The notes beneath the pieces were generated by a model. It was not told the origin of the DNA. It saw only the letters and a list, made by a program, of their open reading frames with translations, and made no database searches. A DNA stretch of 64,000 nucleotides from assembly GCA_963693365.1 (NCBI GenBank), contig CAVNZM010000008.1, forward strand, positions 10,104,293 to 10,168,292. Reading direction: 5' to 3'. This DNA comes from Amoebidium appalachense. Taxonomy: Eukaryota; Protista; Ichthyosporea. Within the stretch, counting starts at the first letter, position 1; every line of letters starts with the position of its first letter. The translations under genes were made by a program, and so were the position numbers. Shown one piece after another: positions 51,655 to 64,000 of the stretch.

Positions 51655-52210
51655 GAGGGCTCAACCACATCGGCTGAGTCAACTTGCTTCGAGCAGAATT
51701 ATTCTGCAAAAAGAAGAATAATTCTGCAAAAAGCAGAATGATTCTGCAAAAGCAGAGTTAATCTGCAAAAGCAGAATCATTCTGCTAAAAGCAAAATTCT
51801 GCAAACAGCAGAACTGAAAGCAGAATAATTCTGCTTTTTATGGAATTATTTTGCTAAAACAGAATTATTCTGCTATAAGCAGTATAGCAGAATTATTCTG
51901 CTGCCGAAAGCAGAATATTTCTGCTTTTTACGGAATAATTCTGCTAAAAGCAGAATAATAATCCTGCGAAAAGCAGCAGAGTGATTCTGCTTTTGCGGAA
52001 TAATTCTGTTTAAAGCAAAATAATTGTGCTAAAAGCAGAGTGATTCTGCTTTTGCAGAATAATTCTGCTTTTTGCAGAATAATTCTGCTTTTTGCAGAAT
52101 AATTCTGCTTTTTGCAGAATAATTCTGCTAAAAGCAGAAAAATTCACACTTCTGCAGAAAAATTCTGCTTTTTGCTTGCAAGTTGTGTCTGCCGATGTGG
52201 TTGGGCCCTC
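51655..52210. mobile_element. Sola-like MITE, second copy with expanded GCAGAAT array
   Basis: GAGGGCTCAACCACATCGGCTGAGTCAACTTGC … GCAAGTTGTGTCTGCCGATGTGGTTGGGCCCTC; flanks TCTA/CCTA. Confidence 0.8.
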
Positions 52211-52609
52211 CCTAGGGGTGCCTCATGAATACAAACTTATGTACCGTCTTCCACTATGTAGGCACCGACCGTACCCTAGCTGGGGCACTAATGAATCAGC
52301 TAAGCTATGTACACCGCTACCCGAGTTAAAAACTACTAGCACACACTTAACCAAGGGTTTTTGCCCTTCCTTATAAGCCTCTAGTCGGACGGTCACGTTT
52401 TATACAGAAGTACCTCTGACTTTCCGAACAATGTTTGATTTCTGCAACATAAATCAGATCCCGTTGTAGCTACATGAAGCTGGCAGTCTTCTTTGCATAT
52501 TTTGGATAAACAACATGAATATGTTTTTTTTTTTTTTGTTTTTTTTTTTGTGATTTTGTGTTAACGTGTTGGTGTACGTGTGTGTGTGTGTGTGTATACG
52601 TGTGTGTGT

Positions 52610-52647
<38 letters not shown>

Positions 52648-52852
52648 TGGGAGGGGAGAGGGCAAGGAAGGTAGGGAGGGAGGGGGGTGGGGGGATTAAT
52701 ATTGGGGCTCCCCGAGGCATGTATTAATATTGATTACAACTATCACTACTATTGTGTAGGCATCATTTTGTTTCTTGCTTTTCTTTCTTTTGAGGATGAC
52801 TTGCCCTTCTCTTTTTTTGCTTGTATGTGTGTGTATGCATTGCGTGCCGTCA

Positions 52853-52888
<36 letters not shown>

Positions 52889-52904
52889 GGGGGGGGGGGG
52901 GAGG

Positions 52905-52975
<71 letters not shown>

Positions 52976-53186
52976 TGTGTGTGTGTGGATGGGTGCGTGC
53001 GTGTGTGTTAAACTTTGTGTGTGTATGTGTGACCGGGTGTGTGGGTAGGTGGTGGTGGTAGTGGTGTGTGTGTGTGTTGGGGGTCGTGGGGGATGGTAGA
53101 GCCGGCAGGTGCATGTATGTCTTGTGTGTTTGGAAGAGGGGGAGAAGGGGGCGCTCGCGGGGGGGGGGGGGGGGGGGGGGGGGGGG

Positions 53187-53276
53187 TTTGAATGCGGAAC
53201 ACGGTACGAAGTACGCATACACGAAGGACAAATGCAAAGGCAAACATTCAAGTATGCAACATCAGCCATGCGCACA
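53187..53276 (-). mobile_element. Short 3'-end copy of the structured repeat (8250-type subfamily)
   Basis: TTTGAATGCGGAA.ACGGTACGAAGTACGCATACACGA…TGCAAAGGCAAACATTCAAGTATGCAACATCAGCCATG shared with 8250-8355; lies between G-runs. Confidence 0.75.
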
Positions 53277-53313
<37 letters not shown>

Positions 53314-53799
53314 GGAATACGGGCACACACACGTATACCTCCGGCATGCATGATACAAATTTTAGCTTTTATTTTTCTCATTTGGGTGTAAGAGTTCCAC
53401 ACACTATGTATGCTAAATGCTGTTTGCTTAAAGGAATACCTTAAAAGCAAACACTAGAACAGACTACCAGTTGTGTACCAACGACAATAAAAGTCGCCCA
53501 CTGGCAACACACCACTAAATCAACCCCAAGATCAACATTCCGTACCGTTTTACCGTATCATACCAAATAAGCCTAGAAGAACCTATTCATCTGGACTCGG
53601 GTCGAGATAACCAAAACATGTGCTAGGTGTAAACCAACACACAAACCTTAACACACAGCAACTCCCATTCGATGTCTCAAACCAGACGACCAAACCACCA
53701 ACAAAATTAGCTCCAGTTGCGCAAAAGAAGAAGCATCCAATCACGTGATTTTTAGCCAATCGCATGCGCTTGGAGCAACCAATATAAGCCAGTGCTCTC

Positions 53800-54167
53800 T
53801 TACTCGGCCTTCTTCTCGGCAGCAGTCTTGGCTGCGGCGGGGGCACCCGGGGTCTGCTTCTTGGCATCGGCCAGCTGTTGCTGTGGGCCAAAAAAGGAAA
53901 TAATGTGTGAGTGTTGGTTGGCTGCATACGAGTTGTCAAGCCGGACAGGCAATGTGTGTGTGTGTACGTGTGTACGTGTACGTGTACGTGTGTGTGTGTC
54001 GCGTGCGTTTACCCCGTGTGCGTGTGCGATGTCCAAATAAGCATGAAAAGACACCGTACCGACACACCCACACCCACACCCTGGAGGTGTTGGGTTAAAC
54101 CGTGTAAAAAAACCATCACCCACATGCTATGTAAAACGTCCGGTCACGAAAGTTGGTGCAGTGAGAG

Positions 54168-54198
<31 letters not shown>

Positions 54199-55167
54199 AG
54201 GGGGGGGAGGGAGGTAGGGAGTGAGTGGGCTAGTGTGAGTGTCGCATGGTGCTTTAGTGTATTCTTCATGTGGTAAAGGTCAAATGAGTACGTGGGCGCA
54301 CATGTGTGTAAGGTCGGGAAAAAAGTGCCGTCCTCAATGGAGTTCGTGCTGGCTGTCGGGCAAGGAGAGGGAGAGGGGGGGAAGAGTGGGGGGAGCGGCG
54401 GCCAGAGGGGGGGGGGGGGGGGGGGGTTTAGGGTGTGTTGCGATTAAGTGTGGGTGCTTTGGACAACACAAAACAGATTGCAACGCACACACAAAGATTT
54501 GGGGGGGGGGGGAGGGGGGGGGGGAAAGGGGGGGGGGGGGGGGGGGGGAGGGGGGGGGGGGAGGCTGTACCTTCAGTTCGCTGTGTTCGCATGCGCGCCC
54601 ATAGGCAAACACGATGGCCCTGCATTAGAAATCCAACGGTCAACATAAGCCCCCCCAAATACATATCATCAATTATCACTTTGAAAATAGGAAAAATCTC
54701 CGCGCATTCATCTTCATGCGCCAAACTATCCCCCCCCCCCCCCCTGCCGTCGCGGAGCCTATTAGGCCTACATATGCTGCATACTTGTGTATTTGTTTTT
54801 GGGTATCTGCATAATATTACGTGTGCCATCCCCTCCCCACCCTCCCACCCTCTTCCCCATTTAAACACCCCCCCCAAAAAACGGGAAGTCTAACAGACAG
54901 CCGGGTGGGTTAAAACGGGGAGGGGGGGAGGGGGGGGGGGGGGGGGGGGGGGCAAATAGTCCCAGCCACGGCTACCGGACATCCGTAATGCAGCTTTAGG
55001 GATCTTCGGTGTGTGTATGTGTGAGGGGACGGAGGGAGGAGAGGAGGGAGAGGCCCGGGTGGGGGAGGGGACGAAGGGGGGAGAAGGGGGGCAGGGGATG
55101 TATTCGTTAGAGGGTAGTAAAACGCTGACTAGGGCGGAACTTTGTCTTCGAACGGAAAGCTATGCCT

Positions 55168-55203
<36 letters not shown>

Positions 55204-55340
55204 AACGAAAAACAAAACAAAACATGCAGTACGCAGTGAAGTTTGACAGACAAACCCAGAAAACGGACCAGGCTGGCCCAAAATGCACACACCGAAAAAG
55301 CAGCAGAAATGGGAAACTTCCTTCAAAAGACCTCCAAGCA

Positions 55341-55373
<33 letters not shown>

Positions 55374-55524
55374 TGTGTTACAAGAGTACGATGTACACAT
55401 CTACGACGGGCACATCAAAGCAGCATTCACATAAAAGAGAACACACCAAGAGTATGCATCCTTGTGTGTACGTGTGTGTGTGTGCGCGCGCCCACGCGCG
55501 CATGTGTCTGTGTGCGCGCACCCA

Positions 55525-55595
<71 letters not shown>

Positions 55596-56349
55596 CAAAG
55601 GGGTGAGGGTGGGGGGTGGGGGACTCATTATCAAAAAGGCGTAACCAGAGAGGGTTGCATTAAAAAACCAAAGGGGAGGGGGGGGGGGTTTGAATGCGTC
55701 AAAAAGTACGAAGTACACAAGAACAAACGGATAACACGATGCAGAATGCAAGCCATACATAAAGAGTATGCATAATAAGCAGAGCCCATCCTCAGGGGGG
55801 GCCCACGTCATCCACAGTACCCGAGTTTCGACCTATTCCCCTCGTTAACGAAACCCAACTCAGATACTGTTTCACTTGAACATGAGTAGGTCACCCGTCT
55901 TGATCAGAGACGAGCAGGGTTGCTTATGCAGGCAAGGGCAGTGGGAAAGGCCGGGGGTTAAAGTTGCAGCAGTAAGCAGAAGCAAGAAAAATATAGATAG
56001 GAACTCAGGAGACGGGGCTGGGGGGGGGGGGGGGGGAGGGTTCAGAGGTGGGCACTCGTAAGTAATACAGAGGAAAAAGTACACATTCCTGACGGGCAGC
56101 ACAATGAAGTTTTTTTATTTTTTTTATTTTTTTTTTATTTTTTTTTATTTGTTGTTTTTTATATATTAAATTCTGGGGGGGGAGGGGGAGGGGGGGGCAC
56201 ATACAGCCAGAGATAGACGGCAAAGAAGCCAATGTAGCTGTTCCTCTCTGTGCGCCACTTCTTGTTCAGAGCAGCCTGCGTATGCAACACACACGCATCG
56301 GTCAGAATGCTTCCAGAATCCTCCCCCTCACGCACACATAATCCCCCTT

Positions 56350-56385
<36 letters not shown>

Positions 56386-57133
56386 ATTACATCCTTCCCA
56401 CTGTTCTCCTTCAATCCCAGCCGGCATCCCCACTTTTGGACCCTCACAGATATACTTCAGCATCTAAATACCGTCAAGCTCAGTACACATCTTCCCATTC
56501 GTCCACAACACACACGCACACACACACACACACACACATCCTCCCCTGCAACTCTCATAAAGCACCAAAGCACCGTGAAATCGCTTCCCACATCACTCCC
56601 CCTCTTCCCCCTCCCTCCACCCCCCACCTCCCCGGTCAATAACATCCCCCATTCCCAATGTCACTCTAATAACTGCCCCCTATCCCCCCCCCCCCCCCCC
56701 CCCCCTTCCCCACCCTGCCAACCTCTAACCCACCCACACAAAACAAGCCAAGGAGCAAAACCGCAAATACGGCCAATAGCAAATACGAACAAAATTACAC
56801 AATTTCAATCCCCATCGAACCGAAAGGGATGGGGGAAACAAAAAAAAAGGGGGGGGAGAGGGGGGATACATACAGCGTGGTTCAGGGCATATCCGGCCTC
56901 GGAGGGATCCAGGACATGGTAGCGCTGGTGGGCCTCATACTGCTCCTTAAAGGCGGCTGCACACACACACACTATGTTAAAGAAACAAAACAACACGTGG
57001 GACGTGGACGAACCTACGGGATCAGTATAAAGAGAACACTTTCATATCCCCCCCCCTCCCCCCCACAAACACAACATGCACTTCCATGCCAGCTGTCAGC
57101 ACCTTCTCTTACCCCCCCCCAAAAAAAAACCTC

Positions 57134-57164
<31 letters not shown>

Positions 57165-58368
57165 AGGGGAGAGAGGGGGGGGGGGGGGGGGGGGGAGGGG
57201 GAGATGTTGTTTTGCCCGTACATGGTATGTGTGATTGAAAAGAGCACTAAAAGGTAGGGTGGCAAAGAGAAATCCAACAGGATATTGATTGGAAAAAAAA
57301 ACTGAAATGAAAAATAGGAAACCCCGGGAGCTAAATGAAGCTCTGTGATTAAAAATAAGATAAGCGACTGCCTACTGCAAAAGGGAAGGGAGGAAGGGGG
57401 AAGGGGGGGGGGGGGGGGAGGGCGCGTGGTGGCCACACTCGATTAAATGGGGAAGAGAATGTGGGGAAAAGAGACTGCAAAACACATGCAGTGGGATTAA
57501 GTTGCAACTAATCACTTAAGAAACTTTTGCACAGATATAATTTTGCACGTTCAAAGTGAACCAGCCGAAGCAGCTGGGGGAGGGGGGGGCGGGGGGGGGG
57601 GGGAGGGGCAGGAGGAGGAGGATGGGGTGCAGGACTGCGGGAGGGTGGGGGCGGGGGGTTGGTGGTGGTGGTGGTGGGGGGGGGGGGGGGGGGGAGGGGG
57701 GGGGAGGAGGATGGTAGTGGGTGACGGGGAAATGCAGTACATACCACCGGCGCAGAAGAGAACGGCCAAGCCAATAACGATGAAGTAGGGCCGAATAGTA
57801 TTCACTGTGGTTTCACGTGAGTTTATGATGTGTAAAAAGGGGAAAGACAAGGCGAAGGGGGTTGGGTGGGTGGGTGGGTGGTGGTGGTGGGTGAGGTGGG
57901 GGGGGGGGGGGGGGGGGCATATGCGGGGAACCGGAGGGCAAGGGGGGGGGGGGGGATTAGGGATTCAAGGCGGCATCGTTGCATGCCATTCATGTATGAT
58001 AAGTGGGCAGGTTAAAGCCAAAAGATGAGGAAGTGTGCGCGCACACATGTGTGGCAGCTTGCTCGTGTGTGAGTGTGCAGCAGAAACACCACGTTTCAAA
58101 CCATTTCATAAGTCGATGTCATATGGCATGGATTGACTAACGACTTACCTCCTAGCTAAGAAGATGAATGCGCTGATGAGCTGAGTGCAGCTGAGAATGA
58201 AAAACAAAAATCATTTCACATATTTTTTTCATCTACTGTTGAGTGTTGGTGAGGGGTTGGACTGCTTGCATCCTTTTTCAAAGCGGTGTGATGCAAAAAC
58301 GAAAGGAGAAAGCAGGGAGCAAGAGAGAAGAAAAAACACAGCAGAGGGAAAGGGGAAGGGGGGAGGCA

Positions 58369-58404
<36 letters not shown>

Positions 58405-58645
58405 TTAAGCGGGAAGCAAGGGGGGGAGGGGGAAAGGGGGGGGGGGGGGGGAGGGGGGAGGGGAGGGGGGAAGAAGGAAGGAGGAGTGGAGGGAAATGGG
58501 ACGGAATTAGGACAGGTCACTCACTTGGCATGCGCTTAACCACCCACACAAACGCCCTCCGGATACCCGGAAGGAGCAACATCATAAGCATAACGCACTC
58601 GGCGCAAAGGAAGTAGAAGAGAACACCCCACATGGTGAGCGCCAT
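53800..58645 (-). CDS. BCAP31: BAP29/BAP31-like ER membrane protein
   Basis: Exons 58645-58525 (MALTMWGVLFYFLCAECVMLMMLLLP), 57804-57745, 56956-56874, 56275-56205 (KKWRTERNSYIGFFAVYLWL, cf. FRAQRNLYI), 54619-54571, 53880-53800; ends KKAE* (KKxx ER retrieval). Confidence 0.8.
55689..56019 (-). mobile_element. Copy of the structured repeat, intronic in the BAP31-like gene
   Basis: 331 bp apparently identical to 4118-4448; flanked by G-runs on both sides. Confidence 0.8.
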
Positions 58646-59068
58646 TTTCTCGATTTCTTTCTAACTCACGTTTTCTTCAATTCAACTCGTGTGTGAAGCA
58701 AGGCCTTGGTGTGAAGTGAAAGACCTTCCGAAGTTGGCTGTTCAGTGATTCAAATTTTTTTCGGCACGATTGTAGAGGGGGGTAAACTTGGGTCGTGCAG
58801 GACCTATGGTGTGGACATCGTAGATTGACCCATCCGGGAAAATAGATCCTATAAATTTCGCGATCCTATAACTTACCCGCAGTCTATCCCATTCGGGTAA
58901 AAGACACATTTTTCGACGCGTCTCATCAAGGGGGCAAACTGACGCCTCGAAACGTTAAAAAAAAAAAAGGAAAACTGCAAAAAAAAATTCTCATTGAGAA
59001 ATGGACGGATTTTCGGAGGGGGAAAAAAAATAAAAATTCAGCCTCGGCCAGGATCGAACTGCAGCCCA

Positions 59069-59436
59069 AAAAACAGGGTTACATCGAGAGTGAAAAAGTA
59101 CACCAATTATGCGCTAGAGCTATAATTTTGCATGATAATTATGTAAATAGAGTTTTCTTTAAACGTTTGGTACAGAACAATTATAACTCAATTGGTTCAG
59201 CGTCAGCGACAGAAAAACCAACTGCACCAAATCTGATACATTTCAGTAATATTAAAACGTACCAGATTTGGTGCAGTTGGTTTTTCTGTCGCTGACGCTG
59301 AACCAATTGAGTTATTATTTTTCTGTGACAAAGGTTTGAAGAAAACACTATTTACATAAGTATCATGCAAAAATTATAGCTCTAGCGCATAATTGGTGTA
59401 CCTTTTCACTCTCGATGTAATGTGACCCTGTTTTTC
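59069..59436. repeat. Foldback / long inverted repeat (~175-bp arms, short loop)
   Basis: e.g. TAACTCAATTGGTTCAGCGTCAGCGACAGAAAAACCAACTGCACCAAATCTG mirrored exactly around ~59250; outer arms with a few mismatches. Confidence 0.92.
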
Positions 59437-59828
59437 ATATGAATTTGGCCCGGAGACTGATCGCCGCAATTGCATGGTTTCATCCTCGTTAACCCTACTA
59501 ACCCGAGTGGGCCATATATATGTTTTCAAGAGGTGCTGGTTGGGCGGAAAAGGCTCAAAAGTATGGAAAAAGCTGTGTCCAAGTATTATGTGATGACATA
59601 GAAACGTTTTCTAACAGCTTTAGCCATGTTTATACGCCTCTTTTTATTTTTCTATATTAGGACCCTTTTTCTATATAACTGAGTTCCGGAAGCGTGCTTT
59701 CGGATTTTCGAAAGCCACCATGAACAACCATTTGCGAGCGAGGGATGTGTGTGATTGGCTCAGCATGAAAGTGCGAGCTGAGAAATCGATTGGCAAAATG
59801 GTTGATTAGCAGCTCATTAGCTTTGGCG

Positions 59829-60146
59829 TCACTGCGGCAACGTGTGATAAGCACTAGCGCACATGTACACGCCCTTTCCACTCGCATCATGCATGCCATT
59901 TTGCGAGATCACAAAAGGCGTATGTATTGTACATGTAGGTAATACGTAAATCAGGGGCGTGCTGTATTCTGACTCATTGTTTCGTGTTTCGTGTGTAGGC
60001 CCTCTGTTGGACATTGTGTTCATAGAAGCTAGTTCTAGTGCACGACGTCGTTGTTCCTTCTGTAAGTCAGAAATGATTGCATCTTGTGAGGCCAACCTCT
60101 GCTCCAGTAGTTGGACTAGTTGCTGCAACTGTAAGTTGTCAGACAT
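59829..60146 (-). CDS. Short coiled-coil ORF, possibly an exon of a TE or host gene
   Basis: MSDNLQLQQLVQLLEQRLASQDAIISDLQKEQRRRALEL heptad pattern; TATATAAA on minus strand at ~60260. Confidence 0.35.
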   Translation of the reverse strand: MSDNLQLQQLVQLLEQRLASQDAIISDLQKEQRRRALELASMNTMSNRGPTHETRNNESEYSTPLIYVLPTCTIHTPFVISQNGMHDASGKGVYMCASAYHTLPQ

Positions 60147-60586
60147 AGTGTCGTGTATGATGGGTAACTAGTCTATGTGTTTTGTGCACTGAAAACGACA
60201 GTAGAAAAGTGTAAATCAAACGTTCTGCTTCCCATGTTTGTGACATGGGAGGCACTGCTTTATATAGTCGTTGGCCACCTCATGGTGGCCTCGTGTGCAC
60301 CCTGGTGGTGGGCCATGTACAGCATGGCCGAAAAGAGAGCACAATGAAAACAAGTCGTTAAAGATATAAAAGTTAACTGTGCACGTTGAGTGGCTAGTTA
60401 ACTTGCACTAAAGCACACAAATAAACGTGTTTAACACACCAATTGCAGTTAAACGTAAATCTTACTTCACACAACTAAAAATATTCTGAGAATATCCGGG
60501 AATAAAGCACACTACCACTCTAAGAATAGAATCCTGTGGCAAATATAGACATGACATCATCTGAACCGGGAATATTAATTAATGAG

Positions 60587-61304
60587 TGTCGTATCCTAAT
60601 GTATGTGTACTAGAGACGCGGCACTCTACTAAGTGTACACACACGAAAAGGAACGAACGTGTACAGAAAAACGGCAAAGTTTATTCAGACCAGGCTCCGA
60701 CGGGCAAACTTAGATCCGAACGGAATGAGTCTAAGTTACGACTGAGGCCATCAAGGCCGTGCCCTACAAGATCATCATCACCTGGCCCCCTACGATGCCA
60801 CATTCCATTAACATTCCGATCTACTTTTATCGTGCGCCTGCACGAGCTAAGTCGATCTACTCAACTAATATATTTATCCATGTCTCACCCCTCTCCCTTC
60901 CCCTAGTGGCACCGCAGAGTCTAATTCTACATTTCATACTATCTCCCTCCCCCCTCCCTCCCCCCTTTCCTCTGTCATCGAAATATATAAATACGTTTGG
61001 CAGCATACACTATCAAAACTTGCCAATATTTACAAAAGGGCTTCTGCCCGAACAATCACATTCCTAAGTCCTCCTACGATCTATCCTACACACTAATTAG
61101 AATTCTATTGGTCGGCTGTCCCAGCTGACGTGGTCCTGCCCTGCGCCGGCAGAGGCAAGATGATGCACGCAGCTGCACAGCTATCTTGAGGCCCCGGACT
61201 TGATCTTGATGATCTGTGGACCCGGGCCACCCCCCCCCCCCCCCCCCCCCCCGATCTCGATCGTAGACTTAGACTGATCTGCTGAGACGGATTAGTATAT
61301 GTCA
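60587..61304 (-). mobile_element. 3' LTR of the Ty3/gypsy element
   Basis: TG…CA termini with imperfect inverted ends (TGTCGTATCCTAAT / ATTAGTATATGTCA); adjacent polypurine tract GGGGGGGGAG on minus strand at ~61306-61315. Confidence 0.8.
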
Positions 61305-61507
61305 ACTCCCCCCCCGGCCCTCGGAAAAGCTGAGTCCCACCTCAGTCACATTACATCTAACACCCCCTAAAAAGACATAGACTAATCAGTCTCCTAAAAA
61401 AAATTAAATTAAATAAATTACGAAGAAAAATAATAAATTAATCTACACCATAAGCTTGATACCTACGGAGACACCTATGATAATAAATTAGATTCCTACG
61501 ACTACGT

Positions 61508-64000
61508 TCACACTCCTCCTCGGTCTCCTCCCCCTCCCTCCCCCTCCCCCCGTGTGTCTACGTGTATTTGCATCACTCCCCCCCCGGCCCCCTCCCCCAC
61601 CGACTTTTTCACCCCACGATTAAACTGAGGAATAACTCTCTTTGGCCGAGAGGGAGCACTAGGCAACTCCCTCTGCACTAATCTAGCCTCATAAGCACGA
61701 ATAGAAAACGGGCAATCCAAATGAAACTCAGGCAACCACTGATCTTCCTGATAACCTCCCTCAAAACGAATTAAATAATAATTTACCTTACCTTCCTTAC
61801 CTTCGATAACCTTTTTATCCATAATCCTATCTACTGCAGCCTCCGATACATCCACCGACCCGTCATAGTCGGGGGTGAATGCATCTAACACTCGACGGCC
61901 CTCCGGCCGTTTAACCCTAAGGGCCCTATCATAATATTCCTTTATATCATCTACATTATAAAATCTAACATCACTCTCATTATCTAACCTCTGCACCTTA
62001 TATTCCGTCGGACCTACTTAGTAACCTAGCCACTATTTTATACGGACCGATAAAAAGAGGCAACCATTTCTTACCATACTTACGAAGACCTTCACCTTCA
62101 CCCTTACCTTCCTGCTCCTGCTTATATCTCTTTTTCCTAGTATGATCCCTAATAAAAACTAAAGTGCCCTCGGCAAATTCACGTAACGGACGTGTGGACA
62201 CGTCTGCACGTGTCTGTGCCTGCTGTGTACGGGCCAGAGCTGCATCACGTGCAGCCCGGGCCCGGGTTAGTAGCTGCTCCCGGAACTCAGTCCAGTGGGG
62301 ATAAGTTAGTCGGTCAGCCCCCCCCATCGGCAAAAGTGCCGTATCTAACAAACTAATAGCCTCCTGCCCATAGACCAAATAAAACGGAGAAAAACCAGTC
62401 ACAGCATGAGGGGTAGAATTATATGAATGAGCAATAAACCTAGACATATGATCCCAATCATTAGCCTCCACATCCACCATTTTGCCAAAGGACTTCTGAA
62501 ACACTGCATGCACACGTTCAGAGATGGCATTTGCTTGAGGGTGATATGCAGACGTAGTGATATGGGCTACCCTTAAAATTTTACACACCTCCGACACCAA
62601 CTGATTTAAAAACACACGACTCCTATCCGTTAACAAAACACGGGGACAACCAAACCTAAGACAAATTTCATCCACAAAAATACGAGCAAACAACACGGCA
62701 TTAGCAGTGGGGAGAGGAAAAACTTCAACCCAACGAGTGGCCACATCGGTGACGGTAACAAGAACAGTGTTACCCTCAACCGTAGAATTAAAAGGACCGA
62801 CCACATCCACTGCTACCCTTTCAAACACACGAACATTAAAATCCCTAATAAACGACGGGCGGGAACGAGAGTGGGGACTCTCATTCCTTTCCTGACAATG
62901 CATGCATGACAACACATAATCCCTCACCTCCCTACTCATACCCGGCCAAAAATACGAACGATTAACACGAAGCAACGTCCTATTTACACCTAAATGACCA
63001 GCCATGGGATGCTCATGCACCATATGCAAAACCTCAGGCACAAGTGCCGTCGGGACCCAAACTCGGTGTCCGTCTGGCCCAGAACAATGATAAACTAAAT
63101 CCTGCTCTACCTGACACATTTTTGCTAACTTAGCTACCTTAATCCTCTGCCTTTTATTTTTAAATTTAATCGAATCAACCGGCCCCTTTACATAATTCTT
63201 AACCAGACCAATCAACACATCTTCCTCCTGAGCTAAGATCAAAGCCGTAGGTGCTAAGGCAGGGGCCGAGCCATGAGACTCGGTCCCGACCTCAGACACT
63301 GACAAATACCTCCCCCCCCCTCTCCTACACTTATAAGCAAGCAACCCCGGAACCCAAGAAGACACATCCACAGACACAGCATCTATTCCTTTCTGCTCAC
63401 TCTCCCCCCCCTTCCCCCCCTCCCCCCCGTCTCTCACTAGCCCCCCCCTCCCCCTCCTTCTCTTCTTCAAACAAAATATAAGCAGCACGAGAGAGAGCAT
63501 CACAGTCAACCATTGTTTCACCCTTGGCATAAAACAATTTATAGGAGAACTCACCGAGAGCCGCGGCCCACTTCTGCATCCTCTCGTTGACCAGACGAGT
63601 GGTGCCGGCCATGGCTAGGCAGGGCTTGTGGTCGGTGTAGACCTCAAACGTCCTGCCTGCGAGTATATACCTCCATGCCTGTGAGACTGCAGTGCCCAAA
63701 AGATAGCATGGGACTCTCTCTCCGGATTGCTATATCTACGTTCACTTTTACTAAATGAACGACTAGCATAAGCAATCACTCTATCCTGCCCCTCCTACAC
63801 TTGATATAACACGGCCCCCTCAGCAACCTTACTTGCATCACACCGAACTTTAAACATCCCCCCCCCGGCCGAAAAATCAGGATGAACAAGCATACTCGAA
63901 GACTGCAAAGCTAACTTAAGCTTTTCGAAAGCAGAAACAGCATCAACATTCCAATCTATTCTATTCTTCTTCTCCCCCCCGTCTGACTAGTTAACGGCAA
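61508..64000 (-). mobile_element. Chromodomain Ty3/gypsy (chromovirus-like) pol, degenerate; continues beyond window
   Basis: RNase H (CDAS, VIAYASR, FEVYTDHKP, DALSR), integrase HHCC (HEHPMAGHLG…CMHC), DDE core (VDVVGPF, TDRS, AYHPQANAISER), GPY (FIGPYKI), chromodomain (YYLIRFEGGYQEDQWLPEFHL); frameshifts and an in-frame TAG. Confidence 0.93.

Noticed and set aside
51690-52170. GCAGAAT array as a CRISPR-like array
   Set aside because: No unique spacers, eukaryotic context, enclosed by TIRs with TSD.
56056-56088. Possible 33-nt extra exon in the BAP31-like gene (also a candidate at 58150-58182)
   Set aside because: Not needed; direct joins are in phase and fit the BAP31 pattern better.

Overview
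Eukaryotic, intron-rich genomic DNA, probably from a unicellular protist (taxon not determinable from sequence alone). It is saturated with (CA/GT)n, (GA/CT)n and poly(G/C) tracts, so most ORF-track entries are microsatellite artefacts. Single-base indels are frequent and probably reflect long-read errors. Recognisable spliced genes: a Methyltransf_16 (Efm2/METTL21-like) lysine methyltransferase, a C2H2 zinc-finger protein, an exostosin/GT47 glycosyltransferase, TMEM43, an inverted near-identical pair of secreted Cys-rich genes, a CCHC zinc-knuckle protein, a secreted Cys-rich precursor and a BAP31-like ER protein. Mobile DNA includes a DIRS/Ngaro-type RT-RNaseH-adenine methyltransferase cassette with split direct repeats but no gag or tyrosine recombinase, a LINE remnant, the 3' part and LTR of a chromodomain Ty3/gypsy element, Sola-like and Kolobok/T2-like MITEs and a ~370-bp foldback. 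The most unusual signals are a dispersed, 5'-truncated, poly(C)-anchored non-coding repeat with a covarying pseudoknotted structure, the minimal YR-less DIRS-like element, a nuclease-like ORF nested antisense in an intron, and the apparently gene-converted palindromic gene pair. All exon coordinates were read by eye.
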